Shown here: positions 54,244-61,527 of the stretch, piece by piece
Layout of the letters: each line of letters starts with the position of its first letter
Numbering within the stretch: position 1 is the first letter of the stretch
Assembly (NCBI GenBank): GCA_965231925.1
Contig: OZ246894.1
Span: 2,491,384-2,555,383 of the forward strand
Source: Acidimicrobiales bacterium
GTDB lineage: Bacteria; Actinomycetota; Acidimicrobiia; Acidimicrobiales; Poriferisodalaceae
Direction: 5' to 3'
DNA length: 64,000 bases
Notes under the pieces: model-generated
What the model was told of the DNA's origin: nothing
Database searches by the model: none
Seen by the model: the letters and a program-made list of their open reading frames with translations, nothing else
Position numbers and translations under genes: made by a program

Positions 54244-55062
54244 TCAGTCCTGGAGCTCGGGAAGCGCGGGAGGGGCGTTGGAAGCCGACACGCGTGCCAT
54301 GCCGCCGTCCACCACGAGCGTCTCGCCAGTGACATAGCGGGATGCATCTGATGCGAAGAACAGCACCACGTCTGCGATGTCGTCGCCGAAGCCCCAGCGC
54401 TTGAGGGCCATCTGGCCAGCAAGATCGTCGATGAGCCCGGGCACGTTGTTGCGTGCCTCCTCCCAGATGGCCGTCGCGATCAACCCCGGTGCGATCGAGT
54501 TCACCCGGATGCCGTCGGGTCCCCAATCCGCAGCGAGCGAACGCGTCATGGCATCGACGGCGCCTTTCGTGCCGGCGTAAGCCACCCGGCCGAGCGGGCC
54601 GTGCACACCGGCCACCGAACTGATGTTGATGACCGAGCCGCCGCCGCGAGCGATCATCGACGGGGCCAGGCCGATGCTGAGCATCACCAGCGACCTCACG
54701 TTGATCGAGAACACCAGATCGAAGTCGGCTTCGGTGAGCTGAGCGGGCGTGCGCCGCATCGGAATGCCCGCATTGTTGACGAGCACGTCCACGCCGTCCA
54801 CCTCGGCCAGGATGCGCCGAGCCAAGTCGGTGCCTGCTCCTGCGGGAGCCAGATCGGCCGTCAGTACGACCGGATCGTGCGCTAACTCGGCAGCGACGCG
54901 TTCAAGGTCAGAGGTCGTCCGACCCGTCAGCACCACCTGGGCACCCGCGGCGTCCAGCACCCGGGCGCTGGCTTCACCAATCCCTCGGCTCGCTCCGGTA
55001 ACCAAGGCCACCTTGCCGTCCAAGCGGGTGGTCATGTCCTCAGCATTCTCTGAGTGCGCCAT
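54244..55062 (-). CDS. SDR-family oxidoreductase (FabG-like)
   Basis: VALVTGASRGIG, NNAG, YAGTKGA. Confidence 0.8.
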   Translation of the reverse strand: MAHSENAEDMTTRLDGKVALVTGASRGIGEASARVLDAAGAQVVLTGRTTSDLERVAAELAHDPVVLTADLAPAGAGTDLARRILAEVDGVDVLVNNAGIPMRRTPAQLTEADFDLVFSINVRSLVMLSIGLAPSMIARGGGSVINISSVAGVHGPLGRVAYAGTKGAVDAMTRSLAADWGPDGIRVNSIAPGLIATAIWEEARNNVPGLIDDLAGQMALKRWGFGDDIADVVLFFASDASRYVTGETLVVDGGMARVSASNAPPALPELQD

Positions 55063-55089
55063 GCGCGCACAGTACTGACTGAGTCGATC

Positions 55090-56319
55090 TCACGCCCACA
55101 ACGTGCTGATCGGCGCGGCCGTGATTCCTTGGCCGAGTTCGTAAGTCCGGGGACCGGTGTGCAGAACAACTCCGCCCGCAAAGCGGTCGCCGGCGCTCTC
55201 CTTGAGCCAGAGCAGATGTCGAGCGTCAGACCGGGACACCGCCGCAGCAGACTTGATCTCGATAGCGACGATGCGCCTGTCGGCAAGCTCCGCTATGACA
55301 TCGATCTCGCGCCGACCCTGAGCCTCACGTAGATGGTGCAGACGCGGGAACAGGTCGCTGACGGCCGACTCGGCTCGAAGCTGCGCCACCGCAAAGGTCT
55401 CGATGAGACGTCCGAGCAGATTTCCATCCGACATGACCGCTGGAGCGGAGACTCCGGCCGATGCAGCCACGAGAGCAGAGTCCACGAAGAACCGCTTCGG
55501 CGCCTTCACCAGCCGTGAGAACCGATTCGATGCCCATGCGGGCAGATCAGCCACAATCCGCAGGTCGGACAGAAGCCGATGGTATGCGACACCAGTATCG
55601 CGGCTGATGTCGGCGGCCCCGAAGAGTGTGGAGTCGGTCGCCATCCCCGCAGAGTTGAGCGCATACGCCTCGATGAAACGCGTCAGCTTCACCGGGTCGC
55701 GGCCGGCTTCCAACGCAGGCGCATCGCGCTCGGAGACATACCGGAGATAGGAACGCAACCAACGCTGCCGCGTGCTGTCGGATGCGGCCAGCGCAGCTTC
55801 GGGAAAGCCGCCTCTCAGTGCCAAGGCAACGTAGCCCCGCAGGTCCGGGGCAGGATCGGCCGGTATCAGCGGCGCACCGGCGACCACGCGATCGACCAGA
55901 GGCATCGTCAAAGTGCCCAGCTGCTCCGACACGGTCAACGGGTGCATGTCGACTGTCACGAGCCGCCCAGTGCCTGGCCACATGCCGCCGTCCGAATGCG
56001 AACGCACCGAACCGGTGACAATGAAGCGTCCCGGCCGAGGGTTGGAATCCACGGCTCGCTTGACTGCGCCCAGCACAGCGGGCACGGCCTGCCACTCGTC
56101 GAGCAGGACGGGTTCGGCCAGACCCGCCAGTGCGGCATCAGGGTCAGCGCGAAACGCGGCTGCTTGAGCATCGTGATCCAAACGAACAGACGAAGCGGCA
56201 TGCTGAAGCGCCGTAGTGGTCTTGCCGGTGGCGCGTGCGCCCACGACCAATACTGCGGACAGGTCGGCGAGCAGTTGTTGGATCAGTGGATCTGTCAAGC
56301 GGTGCACATAGCTGCGCAT
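55090..56319 (-). CDS. AAA-type ATPase with DUF4143 / PD-(D/E)xK-like module; paralog of 23906..25216
   Basis: Walker A GARATGKT. LLDEWQ. C-terminal REIDVIAELADRRIVAIEIKSA. Confidence 0.7.
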   Translation of the reverse strand: MRSYVHRLTDPLIQQLLADLSAVLVVGARATGKTTTALQHAASSVRLDHDAQAAAFRADPDAALAGLAEPVLLDEWQAVPAVLGAVKRAVDSNPRPGRFIVTGSVRSHSDGGMWPGTGRLVTVDMHPLTVSEQLGTLTMPLVDRVVAGAPLIPADPAPDLRGYVALALRGGFPEAALAASDSTRQRWLRSYLRYVSERDAPALEAGRDPVKLTRFIEAYALNSAGMATDSTLFGAADISRDTGVAYHRLLSDLRIVADLPAWASNRFSRLVKAPKRFFVDSALVAASAGVSAPAVMSDGNLLGRLIETFAVAQLRAESAVSDLFPRLHHLREAQGRREIDVIAELADRRIVAIEIKSAAAVSRSDARHLLWLKESAGDRFAGGVVLHTGPRTYELGQGITAAPISTLWA

Positions 56320-56374
56320 CGTGCTGAGCCTATTGCGTCACGGCCGTCGAGTTCGTGCTTTAGCGCGGCCCTGG

Positions 56375-56412
56375 CTAGTGATTTCACGCGTCTAGTACTA
56401 GTGATTCCACGC
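56375..56412 (-). promoter_or_regulatory. Direct repeat CTAGTGATTYCACGC x2 (56375-56389, 56398-56412; 23-bp spacing) including the CTAGTACTAG palindrome, upstream of the second DUF4143 ATPase gene
   Basis: Read directly, 56-93 nt upstream of ATG 56319. Confidence 0.45.
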
Positions 56413-56824
56413 AGCATCGCCTGGCAAGATGACACAGCACCAGACAGCTGTTCACCACCCTGCGCGGCAGCGTCAAGATGCACCCATCGGCTCAGCCGCG
56501 ATGCGAACCCTCGTCCAGCTTGTAGCCGTCGGCCGCGATTTGCTCGATACCCCGATCGACGGGACTCGAACGATGCGCGGGGCCCGTCCCTGTCCCTCGA
56601 GTTACGTGGGAGGCCTCCTTGATAGTCCGGGCGGCCTTCTCGAAGGGATGTGGTTGGTGCCGCGAATTCTTGCGAGAGACTCCCAAAGAGAACGCGCCGA
56701 TTTCGGCCCTGAAACGACCGATTCGAGATTGCCGACGACGGCTCACAGCGCCCCCTTTTTGAAATTCAACGCCTCCATTGGCGAGCCTGTATCCCCGGTA
56801 CCGCCTAGTTGTTGCGCAGCTCGG

Positions 56825-57547
56825 TCAGGGAGTGCGTGCGGCGAGGAAGGCAGCGAACTGGTCCATCGCTGCGATGCGGGCGTCGCCGTCCATCCAGTCT
56901 TCGATCAGCGTCGAGTTCGGCGCCGCCTCGTGGACGATCCGCGACGACGACTCCGGGTGATACAGATCGCCGCCGAGCAGCACCAAGAGCGGCGTCTGGA
57001 CCGTTGCGACGAAGTCGCGATCCACGTTGAACAGGAAATTGTCGCCGTCGTACATGTTCGAGCGGAACTGATTCCAGGCGGCGTCGTCGACCTCGGGATG
57101 AGCGTCGCGAATGGCATTTGCCCAGTCGTCGAACATGTCGTAGAAGGCGTGACGGTTCTCGTCGAGCCCGATGGTCTGGAACAGCGTCGCGCTCACCACC
57201 CGTTCGGGCGCTGCCTGTATCAGCCCCATGATGTAGGGGCCGCCGATGCACATGCCTGCCACGTGGAACTGCTCGCAGCCGAGATGATCCATGAGCGCAA
57301 GCTGGTCTGCTGTGTAGGTCGCCCAGCCATCCGTGCCCGAGATCGGGCCGGTTGAGCGGCCGGCATTGCGCTGGTCCATTGCGATGACCCGGTAGCGGTC
57401 AGCCAGCTGGGTGGCGGGATTCCACGGCGTCTGTTCCCAGAACGATGCCGCGGACCGCATGCCGCCGGGAGCGATGAGCAGGAGGGGAAATCCCGAGCCG
57501 TGCTCGTCGTAGTGGATGTCTGCAGAGCCGTGTGTGAAGTTCGCCAT
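56825..57547 (-). CDS. Alpha/beta hydrolase with Cys in the nucleophile elbow (AGMCIGG)
   Basis: ATG 57547 (MANFTHG...). LLLIAPGG; VAGMCIGGPY. The upstream part of the tracked ORF is noise. Confidence 0.65.
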   Translation of the reverse strand: MANFTHGSADIHYDEHGSGFPLLLIAPGGMRSAASFWEQTPWNPATQLADRYRVIAMDQRNAGRSTGPISGTDGWATYTADQLALMDHLGCEQFHVAGMCIGGPYIMGLIQAAPERVVSATLFQTIGLDENRHAFYDMFDDWANAIRDAHPEVDDAAWNQFRSNMYDGDNFLFNVDRDFVATVQTPLLVLLGGDLYHPESSSRIVHEAAPNSTLIEDWMDGDARIAAMDQFAAFLAARTP

Positions 57548-57643
57548 GGCGCCAGTCTGCCCGCGTTGTCTCGGTGAGAGCAGAGGAACCGGTGAGCGCG
57601 CCATCACGCCGACGGCTGAACCGGCCACTAACGTGCTGCGGCG

Positions 57644-58495
57644 ATGATGCGCCTGACCACCTCCGACGGCGAGCACGCCGTACTCCACGACCTCGGCGGG
57701 CACGGCGTGCCGCTGCTCATGACGCACGGCAACGGCCTCAACGCCGGCATGTGGACAACCGTGGTTCCTCACCTGAGCGACACGTTCCAGTGCTGGGGCC
57801 TCGACTTTCGGGGCCACGGCGCCTCGCGCCCCCAGCATGACGACATGTCGGTCGAGCGATGCCGGTTCACCGACGAAGTGCTGGCCGCCGTGAACGCCCT
57901 GGGCGGCGAGCCGATGCTGGCAGTCGGCCATTCACTGGGAGCAGCCAGCTTGCTGCATGCCGAGCTCCGGCAGCCGGGCACCTACCGGGGCATGTACCTC
58001 TACGAGCCGGTTCTGGTGCCCGATGGCTTCCCGATGCCCGACTCCGATCACGAACTCGTGGTGGCATCGAGGCGACGCCGGATCCGCTTCGCAACCGTTG
58101 ACGAGGCGTACGAGCGCTTCATGTCCAAGCCGCCGTTCTCGCATTGCGAGCCAGAGGCGGTTCGGGCGTACGTCGAGATCGGCACGTATCCCTCGGGTGA
58201 CGACGCAGTGCGGCTGTCGTGCTCAGGCGACACCGAGGCGCGCATCTACGAGTCCGGCGTGCCCATGGATTTCGACGACTTCGGCGCCGTGACCTGCCCC
58301 GTCGTGATTGCTCGCGGCGATGCCTACGCCCAGTGGAACGAGATCCCGCCCCGCGTCGCGCAGCCCATCGCGGAGGCGCTCGGCAACGGACGCCTCGAGG
58401 CGTTTTCCGAGCTCAGTCACTTCGGCCCGATGGAGAACGGCGAGCTGGTCGCCCAGTCCATCCGCGCCCACCTGGAGCCGCTCGCCGCGGCCTAG
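57644..58495 (+). CDS. Alpha/beta hydrolase
   Basis: LLMTHGNGLN, VGHSLGAAS, LSHFGP. Confidence 0.7.
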   Translation: MMRLTTSDGEHAVLHDLGGHGVPLLMTHGNGLNAGMWTTVVPHLSDTFQCWGLDFRGHGASRPQHDDMSVERCRFTDEVLAAVNALGGEPMLAVGHSLGAASLLHAELRQPGTYRGMYLYEPVLVPDGFPMPDSDHELVVASRRRRIRFATVDEAYERFMSKPPFSHCEPEAVRAYVEIGTYPSGDDAVRLSCSGDTEARIYESGVPMDFDDFGAVTCPVVIARGDAYAQWNEIPPRVAQPIAEALGNGRLEAFSELSHFGPMENGELVAQSIRAHLEPLAAA

Positions 58496-58520
58496 CCGCG
58501 GGCTCCTTGGCAACTGCGCC

Positions 58521-59663
58521 TCAGGCGGCTGCGGGGAGGCTGTCGGGGTCGAGGTCGTAGAGCTCAAGGACGTTGTTCCAGACCATCTGTTCCCGCTCGT
58601 CGTCGGGAACGCCCGAGAGAATGTCATCGAGGGTCGGCCGCGAGTTCGGCCAGATCGAGTCGTGGTGCGGGTAGTCGTTGCCCCACAGCAGGTTGCTGAC
58701 GCCAATCGAGTGCCGCGTCGCAACGCCTTCGACATCGTCCTCGAAGGTGACCCAGAAGTTCCGGTCGAAGTACTCCGACGGCTTCATGGTGAGCTCGTCG
58801 GACAACTCCCACGGCGTGCGGTACGCCGCGTGGTCGAAGCGCTGCTTGAAGTGGCCTACCCATCCGGTCTCGTACTCGGCACACACGAAGCGCAAGTTGG
58901 GGAAACGCTCGACGACGCCACCGCAGATGAGATCGATGATCGTGTTGGCAATCGTGGTATGGGCCAGTGTGTAGCCCTTGAGGTGGCCGCCCGGAGTGCC
59001 CCAGTGCTCGGGCATCCCGCCCTCGAGGCTGGATCCCGTGAAGATGTGCATGGTGAGGGGCACGCCAAAGTCCTGAGCCCGGGCCCAGAACGGGTCGAAG
59101 TCGGGATGGCAGTACGGCTTGGCGGGGTCGACATGGGCGGGAATGGCAAAGCCGCGCACACCGAGTTCCGCCGAGCGGTCAATCTCGGCAATGGCTCGCT
59201 CGACGTCGGGCAGCGGCAGGCAGCCGACGCCGATGAGCCGGTTGCGATCCACCGAGCAGTAGTTGAGCACCCAGTCGTTGTGGTTCCGGAACGCCGCGTC
59301 ACGCACCTCGTCGTCGGGAATTGCAAAGGTGAACATCGACAGGCTGGGATACATGACCTCGCCCACGATCCCGTCCTGGGTCTGCTCGTCGAGCCGCGCC
59401 GTCGGATCCATCACGCCGGGATTGAAGCCGTCGTAGCCCTTCTCGATGCGGGCGTGCGTCGCCGGGTCGGACAGGCTGGCGCCTGCGATGCCCAGCCGAC
59501 CCACCGGCACCGGGCGGATGCCGCCCGGGAGAACGAGCCAGGTACCCGGCTTGTCGTTGTAGTCCTTGCTGATGAACGGCGCCCGTTCGCCGAACCGGTC
59601 GGTCAGCCCTGCATAGATCTCGGCTGCTTCGACCACATGCGAGTCACACGAGTAGTACCGCAT
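58521..59663 (-). CDS. Amidohydrolase-2 (ACMSD-like metal-dependent hydrolase/decarboxylase) family
   Basis: N-terminal YYSCDSHVVE, MHIFTG, WGNDYPHHDS. Confidence 0.7.
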   Translation of the reverse strand: MRYYSCDSHVVEAAEIYAGLTDRFGERAPFISKDYNDKPGTWLVLPGGIRPVPVGRLGIAGASLSDPATHARIEKGYDGFNPGVMDPTARLDEQTQDGIVGEVMYPSLSMFTFAIPDDEVRDAAFRNHNDWVLNYCSVDRNRLIGVGCLPLPDVERAIAEIDRSAELGVRGFAIPAHVDPAKPYCHPDFDPFWARAQDFGVPLTMHIFTGSSLEGGMPEHWGTPGGHLKGYTLAHTTIANTIIDLICGGVVERFPNLRFVCAEYETGWVGHFKQRFDHAAYRTPWELSDELTMKPSEYFDRNFWVTFEDDVEGVATRHSIGVSNLLWGNDYPHHDSIWPNSRPTLDDILSGVPDDEREQMVWNNVLELYDLDPDSLPAAA

Positions 59664-59877
59664 CGCTCTCCCCTGCGTCCCTTGGTGCGCTGGCGCGCCT
59701 CGTCAGCGTCTCGCGGCCAACAGTACCAGCGGCCCGGCTCAGCCTCCTGAGCGTGCGCGGATGGGCGGAACCTCCCGTCGCGACACCCACTATTTCCCGC
59801 TCATGTTCGCTGCGCCCACGGGCCGCTCGGGCATCGGCTTCGCCGTCCGGCTCAGCTTCCTGTGGCACAGTGTCGCC

Positions 59878-60867
59878 ATGCGTGCATTGGAAGTGCAGTC
59901 CCTGACAGGCCCCGCCGGCGTTGCTGTTGTCGACGCTCCCGAACCGGTCGCCGAGCCCGACGGTGCATCGGTCATTGTCGACATCGTGTGCGGCGGGGTG
60001 TCGTTCCCCGACCTGCTGCAGAGCCAAGGGCTCTACCAGTTCCGCCCCGATCCGCCGTTCCGGCCTGGAATCGAGGCCGCGGGCGTGGTGCGCACTGCAC
60101 CCGGCGACTCCGGCTTCGCAGCCGGTGACCGCGTCTGCGTCTGGTCGAACGGCTGCCTCGCAGAGGTGGTGGCGTCGGCGCCCCGTGACCTGTTCGCACT
60201 GCCCGACGAGCTGTCGTTCGAAGAGGGCGCTGCCCTGGTCATGAACTACCAGACGGCCGTGTTCTGCATGATCGACCGGGCTGGCTTGCGCGAGGGCGAA
60301 TCGGTGCTGGTGCTGGGAGCGTCAGGCGGCGTGGGCACATCGGGTATCCAGGTGGCCAAGGGAGTCGGCGCTGGTCCGATCATCGGATTGGTGTCCACCG
60401 AGGCGAAGGGTGAGATCGCTCGCGCAGCCGGCGCCGATCACATCGTGCTCATCAGCGACACTTGGAAAGACGAAGTGCTCGAGCTCACCGGCGGCCGAGG
60501 CGTCGACATGACCTACGACCCGGTGGGCGGGGATCGTTTTCTCGACGGCATCCGCGCGCTGGCACGCTTCGGTCGGCTCGTCGTGGTGGGCTTCGCTGCG
60601 GGCGAGATACCGACGGTCAAGGTCAACCGGTTGCTGTTGCGCAACGTCAGCCTGGTTGGCGCCGCCTGGGGCGAGGCCGTTTACGCTGATCCGACGATCC
60701 CGGCCCGCATCCATGAACGGCTGCTCGACATGATCGCCACGGGGGCTGTGCGGCCGCCGATCGGCCAAGTGCTTCCCTTCGAAGAGGCCGCCGAGGCATA
60801 CCGGCTGCTGGATGAGCGTGAGGCCGTCGGCAAGGTGCTTGTGCGTATGCGTCCTGACCCTGCTTAG
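59878..60867 (+). CDS. NADPH:quinone oxidoreductase / zinc-type MDR alcohol dehydrogenase family
   Basis: ATG 59878. GVSFPD, GIEAAGVV, LVLGASGGVGT, GKVLV. Confidence 0.8.
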   Translation: MRALEVQSLTGPAGVAVVDAPEPVAEPDGASVIVDIVCGGVSFPDLLQSQGLYQFRPDPPFRPGIEAAGVVRTAPGDSGFAAGDRVCVWSNGCLAEVVASAPRDLFALPDELSFEEGAALVMNYQTAVFCMIDRAGLREGESVLVLGASGGVGTSGIQVAKGVGAGPIIGLVSTEAKGEIARAAGADHIVLISDTWKDEVLELTGGRGVDMTYDPVGGDRFLDGIRALARFGRLVVVGFAAGEIPTVKVNRLLLRNVSLVGAAWGEAVYADPTIPARIHERLLDMIATGAVRPPIGQVLPFEEAAEAYRLLDEREAVGKVLVRMRPDPA

Positions 60868-60890
60868 GAGGCGCGCTGATAGGTGCGCCC

Positions 60891-60969
60891 GCGGCGGAGG
60901 CGGCAGAACCCTCTGCTCCCGCGATCCGGCAGGTCGCAACGTCGCAGAGTCTCCTGCCGCCTCCGCCGC
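60891..60969. repeat. Structured palindromic intergenic element, copy 2
   Basis: GCGGCGGAGGCGGCAG ... CTGCCGCCTCCGCCGC enclose CCCTCTGCTCCCGCGATCCGGCAGGTCGCAACGTCGCAGAGTCTC. It lies 24 nt after the stop at 60867 and abuts the ribH stop. Confidence 0.85.
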
Positions 60970-61475
60970 TATGGCATCTGTTTCTTGCCTTTGGGTGCTG
61001 GGAAATCGCGGGCGAGTAGGGCCATCGTGACGGCGACGTGGGCCGCATCTTCGCCGACGTTGTGGCCTCCTGGGCCTTCGCTGCGGGCTAGGGCCTGCGC
61101 TTCGTTCTCGACCGTGACCAGCCCGAATCCGATCGGAATGGTTGTCTCAAGCTGAACCGCCATCACGCCCTGCGCGGCGCCTTCGCTTACCAGTTCGTAG
61201 TGCGTGGTCTCGCCGCGGATGACTGCGCCGATGGTGACGATCGCGTCCACTTGTCCACTGCGAGCCAGCACCTGTGCGGCCATGGGGATCTCGAAGCAGC
61301 CAGGCACCGTCACCTCGGTCGTGTCGGTGACGCCGAGCTCTTCCAGACCACGCTGCACGCCAGCCGCGAGTCGGTCCACGATGTCGGGATTCCAGGTCGC
61401 TCGCACAATGCCGACGCGCAGGCTGCTGCCCGAGCCTGAAGGCGGCCTGCCGGCCCGCTGATCGCCGCTTGCCAC
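60969..61475 (-). CDS. ribH: 6,7-dimethyl-8-ribityllumazine synthase
   Basis: VGIVRATWN..I...L..G, VPGCFEIP, GAVIRGETTHYE, PIGFGL.T. Confidence 0.85.
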   Translation of the reverse strand: MASGDQRAGRPPSGSGSSLRVGIVRATWNPDIVDRLAAGVQRGLEELGVTDTTEVTVPGCFEIPMAAQVLARSGQVDAIVTIGAVIRGETTHYELVSEGAAQGVMAVQLETTIPIGFGLVTVENEAQALARSEGPGGHNVGEDAAHVAVTMALLARDFPAPKGKKQMP

Positions 61476-61527
61476 GCCTGCACGGTACCCCCGCAGTTGG
61501 CGACGGCGACGCGCCTACGCTGGGCCG

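Noticed and set aside
61476-61527. FMN riboswitch upstream of ribH.
   Set aside because: Only 52 bp separate ribH from the divergent hyuA-like start, which is far too short for an FMN aptamer.
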